The position numbers and the translations under genes are program-made. This document shows positions 1-8,695 of a stretch of DNA of 64,000 nt, one piece after another. How positions within the stretch are numbered: the first letter of the stretch is position 1; every line of letters starts with the position of its first letter. The notes under the pieces were generated by a model that had not been told where the DNA came from, ran no database searches, and was given only the letters and a program-made list of their open reading frames with translations. Source of the stretch: a virus. The DNA lies in the IMG/VR virus record IMGVR_UViG_3300029913_000003, positions 128,001 to 192,000 of that record; one strand, given 5' to 3'.

Positions 1-2
1 AT

Positions 3-242
3 TTATATCAAGGTGCTTATGCTATAGTTAGTATATTTGGGAAAACATATAAAATTTGGAGTATGGAAAGTTCTGGATTAGAAGATGAATTATATATTGA
101 AGGATTTCCAATTAACAATTTAGATGAAAATTCTAATCCTGGATATGTTGGTGACACAGAAAATATAGCAGAATTATTAAATAGTATTAATGAAGTTGGA
201 GGAATTGAAATATATAAAACAACAAATAAATTTAACATATAA
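3..242 (+). CDS. 3' fragment of a KFN[IL]-terminus family protein (5' end lies outside the window)
   Basis: Frame is open from the window edge and ends ...KTTNKFNI*. The stop overlaps the ATG at 244, the same junction seen in other family members. Confidence 0.35.
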   Translation, partial: LYQGAYAIVSIFGKTYKIWSMESSGLEDELYIEGFPINNLDENSNPGYVGDTENIAELLNSINEVGGIEIYKTTNKFNI

Positions 243-243
243 T

Positions 244-735
244 ATGATAACAAAATTTAATATATTTACTCTAAATGAGACTATGATATCTCATGATACA
301 CGTGAGTTACGCAGTGGTAATTATTTAACATTAGAAAGATTAGAAAATGGGAATCTTAAAATATCATTAACTGAAGAAGGAAAAGAAAAAGTTGAAGAAG
401 ATATTGATATAAAGGAAGCAGATTTTTTTGATTATTTTGAAAATATATCTTCAAACTCTGAATTATTATATATTTATAATATTTCTGATATTGGTATTAT
501 GATGGAAGCTCCTTGTATTACAATAGGATATTATATTGATGATTCTGGTGAATTAACTGACGAAGGTAATGAAGATTACTCAGAAATTTTTTATTATGCT
601 GATTATGCTATTAAAAATTTCACAGAAGAATTAAAAAATAACGGATTTGTAATATTCCAAACATCTGGTGTATTAACTCCAGAAGAATTTGAAGAATTTA
701 AATTAAATAAATCAGCAAACAAATTTAACATATGA
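244..735 (+). CDS. KFN[IL]-terminus paralog family protein
   Basis: Starts MITKFNIF right after the upstream KFNI stop. The ORF-track start at 190 is probably over-extended. Ends ...ANKFNI* overlapping the next ATG. Confidence 0.5.
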   Translation: MITKFNIFTLNETMISHDTRELRSGNYLTLERLENGNLKISLTEEGKEKVEEDIDIKEADFFDYFENISSNSELLYIYNISDIGIMMEAPCITIGYYIDDSGELTDEGNEDYSEIFYYADYAIKNFTEELKNNGFVIFQTSGVLTPEEFEEFKLNKSANKFNI

Positions 736-1064
736 TAACAAATTTTAAAATATTTGAAGAAAATGACGATATATATTTTTCAGTAGGTGATGAAGTAATA
801 TGCATTCACGGTGAAAAAAGGAAAAATTATAATAGTACTGAACCAAAAGAAGGTAAAAAATATTTAGTATTAAAAATATATGAGGAAAATTTTGATGATG
901 AAGGAAATCCATTTATAATTGATCATCAATATGTAACAGAAAAATATAAAGGGGATTGGTGGATTGACGTTAAAGACATAAAACATAATATAATTTTAAA
1001 TCAATGCTTAGCTAATGATTTTAAATCAGAAATTATATTAGCATCAAACAAATTTAATTTATAA
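732..1064 (+). CDS. small protein with a GDxhhC N-motif and a KFNL terminus
   Basis: Starts MITNFKIFE, contains FSVGDEVICIHGEK resembling the GDKLLCKK family, and ends NKFNL. Confidence 0.5.
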   Translation: MITNFKIFEENDDIYFSVGDEVICIHGEKRKNYNSTEPKEGKKYLVLKIYEENFDDEGNPFIIDHQYVTEKYKGDWWIDVKDIKHNIILNQCLANDFKSEIILASNKFNL

Positions 1065-1066
1065 AA

Positions 1067-1092
1067 AAAGCTACTAAATTTTTAGTAGCTTT
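1067..1092. terminator. perfect AT-rich hairpin between convergent genes, a bidirectional terminator candidate
   Basis: aaagctactaaa-tt-tttagtagcttt gives a 12-bp stem. Confidence 0.5.
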
Positions 1093-1138
1093 TTAATTAA
1101 TCTAATTTTTTACTTAGTAATAGTTGTATATATTACAA

Positions 1139-1690
1139 TTATACAGCTTTCACAGGTACTGTTGTAGTATCTGTTACAGTTTCTACTACTTTAACAGGTA
1201 CTGTTGTAGCATCTGTTATTAAAGCGTCTACTACTTTAACAGGCTCTTCTGTTGTAGTTTTTTCTGCATCTGATTTAACATCAGATATAATTTTTTCAAT
1301 ATTAGCAACAAAAGTTTTAACGTCATCAACGGTAGTAACAATTGAATTTTTTGATTTTTCTTTAAAATCTAAAATAATTTTCTCAATTTTAGAAACAATA
1401 TCTTCAACATTAGCAACTTCTGTGACAAATGTCTTTTTAACATTATCAACATCTGTTACAATTGAATCTTTAATTTCATCAACTTTAGTAACAATTGAAT
1501 CTTTTACATCAATAACATCTTTAACGATATCATCGACTTTAGTAACAACTGAATCTTTTACATTATCAACGTCTTTTACGACATTATCTGCATTAGTAAT
1601 AATTGTTTTAGAATTATTTTTATACCAACCAATTCCAAAAATAAGTGCTAACACACCAAAAACAATAGTCAAAATTTGAAATATTCCCAT
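1139..1690 (-). CDS. membrane-anchored protein with tandem ~11-aa acidic/Val repeats
   Basis: N-terminal hydrophobic segment ILTIVFGVLALIFGIGW followed by repeated VTKVDDIVKDV-like units. Confidence 0.55.
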   Translation of the reverse strand: MGIFQILTIVFGVLALIFGIGWYKNNSKTIITNADNVVKDVDNVKDSVVTKVDDIVKDVIDVKDSIVTKVDEIKDSIVTDVDNVKKTFVTEVANVEDIVSKIEKIILDFKEKSKNSIVTTVDDVKTFVANIEKIISDVKSDAEKTTTEEPVKVVDALITDATTVPVKVVETVTDTTTVPVKAV

Positions 1691-1756
1691 AATCTTTTTT
1701 CTTTTTTATATTATAATAATTTGAATAAGTTTAAAATTTAATCAAAATAATTATAT

Positions 1757-2353
1757 TTATTTCCAAATATATAATCCTTTATTATCTATAAATCCTTTAC
1801 AATAGTCAATTTTTATATTATAATTAGGAAAAACATAAATCATAAATTTTTTATATAATAATATCTTTTTTTCTAAAAAAGTATTACCTATTATAAATAT
1901 TTTATCAACTGTAAAATTATTTAATATATCACTAATTCTAAGCAGAACTTCTTTTTCTTCATTTAATCCAGTTAATTCTTCATAATTTATATCATCAATA
2001 TCATATTTACTTAATGTAAAAGATATATACCAAACAAAATCTGATGATATATCTTTATTGTAATTTTTTATAGGAATTAAATCTATTCTATATTCAGTGT
2101 TAGAATTTGTTAAAAAATATATTTTATATCCATTAGAAGGTATATAATTTGTATATTGTTTATCAAATTTAAACTTTTCAACTCTATATTTAGTATTTGT
2201 ATATAATTTATCAAATGATTCAATTATAATATTTTCATTAAATTTTTCAAATGTATAAATTTTCAAAAACCTATCTATTCTATCAGTATTATATTTACTG
2301 ATATATTTTTTATATGTTTCATTAGTTACTATTATGCTCTTAGTTTTTATCAT
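1757..2353 (-). CDS. hypothetical protein
   Basis: 198-aa ORF with dense packing and a 1-nt gap to the upstream ORF. Confidence 0.45.
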   Translation of the reverse strand: MIKTKSIIVTNETYKKYISKYNTDRIDRFLKIYTFEKFNENIIIESFDKLYTNTKYRVEKFKFDKQYTNYIPSNGYKIYFLTNSNTEYRIDLIPIKNYNKDISSDFVWYISFTLSKYDIDDINYEELTGLNEEKEVLLRISDILNNFTVDKIFIIGNTFLEKKILLYKKFMIYVFPNYNIKIDYCKGFIDNKGLYIWK

Positions 2354-3688
2354 TTAAAATTTACCTTTTTTTATATCAAAAGGTTTACCTCCTTTTAATT
2401 CTTCTTTAGGATTTTCTTTCTTTTTTTCTCCACCTGAAGGTATTTCTGCTCCTAATTTTTTTACGTCAGGATAAATATTTTTTTCTGAATCAGTATTAAA
2501 ATTAACATTAAAATAATCTTTAAAATTCAATAAATCATTATTTCTCAATAAATATTCACGATTCACTTTCAGCATATTATCCAAATAAATAGAAATTTTA
2601 TCTACTTCTCTATTAAACATTTCTAAAGTTTTTTCGTTAAAAATGCCAATAGGCTTCTTTAATTTTTTATTAAATGAACTCAATATAAGTTTAAAAATAT
2701 ACTCAATTTTATCATCAGATTTTATATAATCAATTGTTTTATCATTCTTCAATAAAAATGTATTGATTTTAAATTTATCCTCTGAAAAAAATGTAGGTAT
2801 TGATAAATTCCAATCTTTTATTTCTTTAGTAATATTCTCAACATAATCATTAAATATTGCTGAAATTAATTCAATATATAATTCTTCTTTTGTAATCTCT
2901 TTTAGTTTTATTTTATCAAAACTAATAAGTTGTAAAAATTCTAAGAAATTTAATAATATTAACGAATAATTCTCTAAATAATCTGTTCTACTATCAAGAT
3001 TCATTTTTTCATACGACGGATTTAATATCTCAAATGAAAATTCATCATCTCCGTTTATTCTAACTATTATCTTTTCTAAATTATCATTGAAACTATCCAT
3101 TAAAAATGAATTGTTTAATTGAGGATTTAATATCTTATAAAAAAAATATGCAAAATTAGATTCTCCATATACATAATCTAAATCTTCTTTTGATGTATGT
3201 AAGAACAAGTTAATTACCTCTAACTGCTTATCATTCAATTTACCTTTAAATATCACTGGTAATGCATCTACGTTGAATAATTTAGCATATTCTAATATCT
3301 CATTGTAATTATATTTATATTTTGTACCTTTAACTATACACGTTAATATTAAATTATTCTTCGGAATTTTCTTATATTCAATATTACCTGGCTGATTATC
3401 TGGAAAATATTCAAAACAAAACCACCAAGTTTTTGATAATAAATTAGTTACAAAATCCGGTAATGTGTAAAAATATTGAAATACGAAATTATAATATTTT
3501 TGTATAGCTAAATCTACAAAATTTAGATCTGTATTATTAATTGATTTTGGTCTTATTGAGAATTTATTTCCGTCCCATTGTACAAATACTTGAGATCCTT
3601 GAATATCTTCATATATTAATAATTCTTTATCTTTTAATTGACTTATTAAGTCATCAGGTTGGTTGTTTAATTTGATTATTTGTGTCAT
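2354..3688 (-). CDS. hypothetical protein
   Basis: 444-aa ORF with a Lys/Gly-rich C-terminus. Confidence 0.55.
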   Translation of the reverse strand: MTQIIKLNNQPDDLISQLKDKELLIYEDIQGSQVFVQWDGNKFSIRPKSINNTDLNFVDLAIQKYYNFVFQYFYTLPDFVTNLLSKTWWFCFEYFPDNQPGNIEYKKIPKNNLILTCIVKGTKYKYNYNEILEYAKLFNVDALPVIFKGKLNDKQLEVINLFLHTSKEDLDYVYGESNFAYFFYKILNPQLNNSFLMDSFNDNLEKIIVRINGDDEFSFEILNPSYEKMNLDSRTDYLENYSLILLNFLEFLQLISFDKIKLKEITKEELYIELISAIFNDYVENITKEIKDWNLSIPTFFSEDKFKINTFLLKNDKTIDYIKSDDKIEYIFKLILSSFNKKLKKPIGIFNEKTLEMFNREVDKISIYLDNMLKVNREYLLRNNDLLNFKDYFNVNFNTDSEKNIYPDVKKLGAEIPSGGEKKKENPKEELKGGKPFDIKKGKF

Positions 3689-3744
3689 AATAATTCTTTT
3701 GTTTTTTGAATTTTTATTTATATAGTTATTTATAAAGGTTCATT

Positions 3745-4494
3745 TTAAAATAAATCAGGAGTCCAGTTGAACAATTCAGGTTTAAATATAAGTTTTTTTG
3801 TACCTAATTCATTTTCAAAGAAATCTATTTCAATTAAATTTCCATTAACAGATATCACATCTCCTCTACCAAATTTTTTATGATTAAGAATATCACCAAC
3901 TTGAACAAATGATTGTTCATCTGATTTTATATCATTAAGTTTTGATATTGGTCTACCATATGAATCAGTTGAATCATCTACTGGTATATTTTTTATTTCT
4001 ATATCACTAGAACTTGGTCTTCCTATTCTTCTACCTGGATTCATTTCTTTTGCCTTTCTTTTAGATTCTCTTCTTTTAAGAACTTCTTTTCTTTGATTTT
4101 CTGCTTGTGATACATTCTTAAATATTTGAGATTCAGTTGTATTATCTATAATATTCTCTACAACTTCTCTTAATTCTGGTTCAGAAAAACTATCGTATTC
4201 ATTTATAACTTTCACATGTAATTTTGAAAATCTAGATAATCCTTCTGGTTCTTCATTATATTTTAATCCTAATGCATATCTTATGTTCAATGCTTCCATT
4301 TTTAATGATGATTCATTTGAACCAATATATTCATTTACAAATTTTTCAATTTTATCATCTTTAATACCAAGTTTACTAAATCCAAATTTTTCATAATATA
4401 ATGCTATAATTACATCATTTTCTGTCCATCTGGTTTTTATTTTTTCACCTGTGGCATATTCAAACATTTTTTGAAAACTTATCAAGTTTCTCAT
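3745..4494 (-). CDS. paralog A of a 250-aa family with a UvrD-C/Tudor-like C-terminal motif
   Basis: Shares the N-terminus KIKTRWTENDVIIALYY, a central KMEALNIRYAL, and the C-terminus VGDILNHKKFGRGDV...I.F with 6991..7749. Confidence 0.6.
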   Translation of the reverse strand: MRNLISFQKMFEYATGEKIKTRWTENDVIIALYYEKFGFSKLGIKDDKIEKFVNEYIGSNESSLKMEALNIRYALGLKYNEEPEGLSRFSKLHVKVINEYDSFSEPELREVVENIIDNTTESQIFKNVSQAENQRKEVLKRRESKRKAKEMNPGRRIGRPSSSDIEIKNIPVDDSTDSYGRPISKLNDIKSDEQSFVQVGDILNHKKFGRGDVISVNGNLIEIDFFENELGTKKLIFKPELFNWTPDLF

Positions 4495-4564
4495 ATTTAA
4501 CTATTATTTTTTAGTATATATATTTTTTTGAAAACATAATAAATATTTTATACTAATATAAAAA

Positions 4565-4852
4565 ATGGAATACGACGAAAAAGAAACTGAGCTTGCTAAA
4601 TATCTTAAAAATAGCACAGCATTAAGAAATTTATATAGACAATGTATATCTTACGGACTTAATAATTCAGGTGAAGAATGGACAGATTGGATAAATGCAG
4701 GTGATGAATTTGCAAAAATTTCATTTGATATTTATCACCACGGATTTAAATTTAAACAAGAAACTTTAACTAAATTATATAATATGAAATTACCAAATAA
4801 TATAATAGTCGTAAATAGAGTACTAAAATTAATAAAACTTGATAATGAGTAA
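4565..4852 (+). CDS. hypothetical protein
   Basis: 95-aa ORF. Confidence 0.4.
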   Translation: MEYDEKETELAKYLKNSTALRNLYRQCISYGLNNSGEEWTDWINAGDEFAKISFDIYHHGFKFKQETLTKLYNMKLPNNIIVVNRVLKLIKLDNE

Positions 4853-5606
4853 AAAAGAAATTAAAAATAAATATTTTGAATTTACTCCAGAGTGGAGTGG
4901 ATTTAGTATACAATATCATTTAGCAGGATATTATGATACAAAGCCAATACTTCAAATATATTTTATTTGGGGTAAATTATTTTTATATTTACCTTGGAAG
5001 CATTATAAAAAAGTTGAAGTTGAAAAAAATATTAAAGAAAAAAGAAAAGATAAAATTTCTATTTTATCTAATAAAAATATAAAAATAAAGAAAAAATTTG
5101 ATAAGGTTCTTTACGATCAATGTACTGCGCCAACATATGGAGTATATATTCTTGAAAGAAAAATATGGTTTAGTTGTGGAATGAAACACAAAGTTTTTTA
5201 TTTACCTTGGAATTGGGAATGGATAAGAACAAGTTGCCTTGCTAAAAATGATACTTGGATTAATGAAACAAAGAAAAATAGAAATATGGAGTTTTGGAAT
5301 AAAAACAAATGGAAAGATATTATTTTTTCAGAAACATATCCGTATACATATAACACAAAATATGATGATGAACAAAATTGTTTAGCAACAATTAGAGTAC
5401 AAGAACGTGAATGGAGATGGAAATGGTTCACTTGGTTGAAGTTTCCTAGATTAATAAGTAAAGACATTGAAATAGAATTTAGTGATGATATAGGTGAAAG
5501 GAAAGGTACCTGGAAAGGTGGTACAACTGGCTGTAATTATAAAATGAAAAAAGGTGAAACTCCATATGATACTTTAAAAAGAATGGAACGTGAAAGAAAA
5601 TTTTAA
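4839..5606 (+). CDS. hypothetical Trp-rich protein
   Basis: 255-aa ORF that overlaps the upstream ORF by 14 nt. Confidence 0.45.
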   Translation: MIMSKKEIKNKYFEFTPEWSGFSIQYHLAGYYDTKPILQIYFIWGKLFLYLPWKHYKKVEVEKNIKEKRKDKISILSNKNIKIKKKFDKVLYDQCTAPTYGVYILERKIWFSCGMKHKVFYLPWNWEWIRTSCLAKNDTWINETKKNRNMEFWNKNKWKDIIFSETYPYTYNTKYDDEQNCLATIRVQEREWRWKWFTWLKFPRLISKDIEIEFSDDIGERKGTWKGGTTGCNYKMKKGETPYDTLKRMERERKF

Positions 5607-5608
5607 AT

Positions 5609-5863
5609 ATGAATGATAATTGTTTAAATTGCATGTATTCAAAATACTCAGAAACATCAATATTTCTTGATGATATATTAAAAGAATGTAATCAACAAGA
5701 TAATCAGCATACAACATGTGATAATATAAATAGTCCATATTTTAATGAAATTGTTGACTATAATAATTCTTGTAGATTATTTGTAGATGAATATAATTAT
5801 TTCTTATTAAAAGATAGAAAAGACAAAATAGATAAATTAAATTCAAATGATTTAGATTATTAA
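5609..5863 (+). CDS. hypothetical Cys-containing small protein
   Basis: 84-aa ORF starting 3 nt after the previous stop. Confidence 0.4.
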   Translation: MNDNCLNCMYSKYSETSIFLDDILKECNQQDNQHTTCDNINSPYFNEIVDYNNSCRLFVDEYNYFLLKDRKDKIDKLNSNDLDY

Positions 5864-6102
5864 ATTTTATTTATAACATCTTTAATCAATTTCATTCTTT
5901 CTTCTTCAGTCATATCAATCCATTTAGTTTGATTAATAAGATGATATTTAGTACAATATTTAGATTCTGAATTTTTACACAATTTAATTTCATCTGAATC
6001 TTTTCCATATTTACCTAAATATGCTAAATATGTCGGACAATATTCATATTGATCACATTCAATGTGAATAGGTTTTTTCTTAAACCAATTAAATAATTTC
6101 AT
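5860..6102 (-). CDS. hypothetical Cys-rich small protein
   Basis: 80-aa ORF with seven Cys. Confidence 0.4.
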   Translation of the reverse strand: MKLFNWFKKKPIHIECDQYEYCPTYLAYLGKYGKDSDEIKLCKNSESKYCTKYHLINQTKWIDMTEEERMKLIKDVINKI

Positions 6103-6146
6103 ATATTTGATTTTTTACAGTATATATAAAAAAACTATAATAATGA

Positions 6147-6515
6147 TTATTCTACTTTTTCAATTTCAATTAATTTTTTCTTACGTGATATTATTGTTAT
6201 ATATTCATCAATGCACCCATTGTACCAATTTAATATATAAATTAACATCATATCAAAATTTGAAAATTTACTACCATAATTATCATATTCAGACACAAAT
6301 TTAATATCATAATATATACGTTTATTATTTATACACGAACGTCCACAACAAGTTTCAATTACTACAGAATTTATGATATCACGATAAATTCTCCAATCAA
6401 TCAATTCTGTTTTATTTTTATTTCTAGTTGTGAATGCTGATATTCTACCATATTTTAATCGTTTAACAAGATCATATATTTCTTTCTCATCTTTATTTAA
6501 ATTTTTTTTCAACAC
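6147..6515 (-). CDS. hypothetical protein
   Basis: 122-aa ORF containing a TCCGRSC motif. Confidence 0.4.
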   Translation of the reverse strand: MLKKNLNKDEKEIYDLVKRLKYGRISAFTTRNKNKTELIDWRIYRDIINSVVIETCCGRSCINNKRIYYDIKFVSEYDNYGSKFSNFDMMLIYILNWYNGCIDEYITIISRKKKLIEIEKVE

Positions 6516-6530
6516 TTTTTTAATATCATA

Positions 6531-6884
6531 TTAATATATTTCAGTATTTATAAATCTATTAGTTTCATTATCTGTATTTTTTTCGACATCAGTTACATCT
6601 TCACCAGTTTTCATATTAAAATATCCTTCAGTATGAGTTTCATCTTTAAATCCATATATATCAACACTATTATAATTTAAAATATAATATCTTATGCTAT
6701 CATTTACTTTTGAATGTTTCACATTTTCATAATTTATTATATTCAAATTACCATTATTATACTCATTAATTTGAGATTTTAGAGAAACTATAATAGATTT
6801 TTCTATTTTATTTTTATCATTCTTACATAAGCATAGCATAAATATTACACACACAGAAATAAAAATCATATACATTTTTTTCAT
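6531..6884 (-). CDS. putative secreted small protein
   Basis: N-terminal signal-like segment MKKMYMIFISVCVIFMLCLC. Confidence 0.45.
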   Translation of the reverse strand: MKKMYMIFISVCVIFMLCLCKNDKNKIEKSIIVSLKSQINEYNNGNLNIINYENVKHSKVNDSIRYYILNYNSVDIYGFKDETHTEGYFNMKTGEDVTDVEKNTDNETNRFINTEIY

Positions 6885-6933
6885 ATTATTTATTTATTAT
6901 CTTATAAAGATAATCAAAAAAATTTGTATAACA

Positions 6934-6962
6934 AAAAAGAGAAGAATAAATCTTCTCTTTTT
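6934..6962. terminator. hairpin terminator candidate downstream of 6991..7749
   Basis: aaagagaag-aataaat-cttctcttt. Confidence 0.45.
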
Positions 6963-6990
6963 ATATTAATATAACGATTATAAATAATAA

Positions 6991-7749
6991 TTATTCTGAA
7001 AAAATAAAAAACTTTTCATCAAATAACATAACCTTACTGCCTATTTTACTATCACGAAAATTTATAGTAAGTCTATTACCATCTATTTCTTTTACTGCGC
7101 CTTTACCATATGCTTTATGATCAAGAACATCTCCGATACTAGCAAATACATTATTAACAACAGTTTGAACATATGCTACTTTTGAAGGATTCATTTGTTT
7201 AAATGTCATTGGTTTACAATCTCCTGATAATTTAGCATATTTTTCTTTCTGAGCTTTCTTAACAAGAGCTTTTCTTTTTTTCTCTTCTTTTTTTGCAAGA
7301 ACTTCTAACCTATGTTTTTCTTTTTCTGCATTAAGTTCTGCATTTATACCTTCTGCAATTGATAAATTAATCTTTTTTTCTTCTTCGGTCATATTATCTA
7401 ATATTAAGTTTACAATTTCTGCTAATTCATTTTCATCACATTTATCATATTCATTTACAACTTCTTCTTGTATTTTTGAATAATGTGCTAATCCTTCTAC
7501 TTTTTCGTTATGTTTTATGCACAATGCATATTTTATATTTAATGCTTCCATTTTTATTGAATTCGCAATTGAACCAATATATTCATTAACAAAACTTTCA
7601 AGTTGAGTATCATCATCAGTTACTCCAACCTTTCTTAATGTAAATTTAGTATATAAAAAAGCTATAATGACATCATTTTTTGTCCATCTAGTTTTAATCT
7701 TTGAACCTGCTACGTGTTCAACTCTTTGTTCAATTTGTGTTTTTTCCAT
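6991..7749 (-). CDS. paralog B of the 250-aa family
   Basis: Shares KIKTRWTKNDVIIAFLY, KMEALNIKYAL and IGDVLDHKAYGKGAV with 3745..4494. Confidence 0.6.
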   Translation of the reverse strand: MEKTQIEQRVEHVAGSKIKTRWTKNDVIIAFLYTKFTLRKVGVTDDDTQLESFVNEYIGSIANSIKMEALNIKYALCIKHNEKVEGLAHYSKIQEEVVNEYDKCDENELAEIVNLILDNMTEEEKKINLSIAEGINAELNAEKEKHRLEVLAKKEEKKRKALVKKAQKEKYAKLSGDCKPMTFKQMNPSKVAYVQTVVNNVFASIGDVLDHKAYGKGAVKEIDGNRLTINFRDSKIGSKVMLFDEKFFIFSE

Positions 7750-7849
7750 GTTTAAATGTTTTTATTAATATTTTTATATGCAAAGATATAAAAAAACATT
7801 TAATTGGACAAATAAAAAATAGATTTTTTTGGTTAATTGTAGTTAATAA

Positions 7850-8101
7850 TTAATTAGAACTCAAGCATTCAATATCATCACTTAGCATGTCATATAAATC
7901 ATTTTCTATATCCATATCTAAGTATTTCAAATCTCCACTATTTAATGATTCTATTAACTTCTTTACTTTATTTTGAATTGAAATTGATTCCGTATCATTT
8001 TCATTTTCATCATAAAAAAAACACCATTTTTTATCATCATTAAAATAATAAACATTTTCACAATATTTTCTTAATTTTTCTTTTGATTCTAATATATTCA
8101 T
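7850..8101 (-). CDS. hypothetical acidic small protein
   Basis: 83-aa ORF. Confidence 0.4.
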   Translation of the reverse strand: MNILESKEKLRKYCENVYYFNDDKKWCFFYDENENDTESISIQNKVKKLIESLNSGDLKYLDMDIENDLYDMLSDDIECLSSN

Positions 8102-8103
8102 AA

Positions 8104-8559
8104 TTATATAGTTGATTTTAATTCTATTGTTTTTATAACATTATTGGTATTAATTCCTGGTAAAATAGTAATTATTTTTATTGTATTATCATTTTTGATT
8201 ACAACAACGGAAAAATTATATTCAGAAAACCATAATGAATATTTACCATTCATCATAGCTCCTATTAAATGTGTAGTATATAATTCTTCTATTCCATCTC
8301 CAATTAATTTATTTAATTCTTTAATACTTTTTAAATTAGTTCTTTTTTCTATTCTACCTTTCAAATCATGTAATAAAGAATCATTCCATAAAATAGATAT
8401 TCTAATTTTTTTATTATTTATTCTTGCTGAAATTGTTTTATATTTTATAAATTCATCAGAATAATCACTTGAATTATTATAGGAAATTTCAGAATCTATA
8501 TTTTTATATACATCTGAAAATCTTGCTTCTTTAAATAATTCATAATTATATATGTACAT
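8104..8559 (-). CDS. hypothetical protein
   Basis: 151-aa ORF with a 2-nt gap to the neighbouring ORF. Confidence 0.45.
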   Translation of the reverse strand: MYIYNYELFKEARFSDVYKNIDSEISYNNSSDYSDEFIKYKTISARINNKKIRISILWNDSLLHDLKGRIEKRTNLKSIKELNKLIGDGIEELYTTHLIGAMMNGKYSLWFSEYNFSVVVIKNDNTIKIITILPGINTNNVIKTIELKSTI

Positions 8560-8660
8560 ATCTAAAATTTATTTATTCATATATATTAATATTTTACTTG
8601 ATTAAAATATTAATTATATATTTAAAGTACAAAGGTACTATAAATTATTTAATTACGCAA

Positions 8661-8687
8661 AAAAAGAAGATATAATCTTCTTTTTTT
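8661..8687. terminator. hairpin terminator candidate downstream of the helicase/cas3 transcription unit
   Basis: aaagaagat-ata-atcttcttt followed by a T-run. Confidence 0.45.
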
Positions 8688-8695
8688 ATAATTTA

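Noticed and set aside
190-243. Upstream extension of the 244..735 ORF to the Met at 190
   Set aside because: The extension reads through the KFNI* terminus of the preceding gene in another frame. The family junction KFNI-stop/ATG at 240-246 fits every other member.
1422-1679. 85-aa plus-strand ORF inside the repeat protein 1139..1690
   Set aside because: It is antisense to a longer repeat-containing ORF and is made of low-complexity Ser/Thr codons produced by the complement of the Asp/Val repeats. It is most likely spurious.
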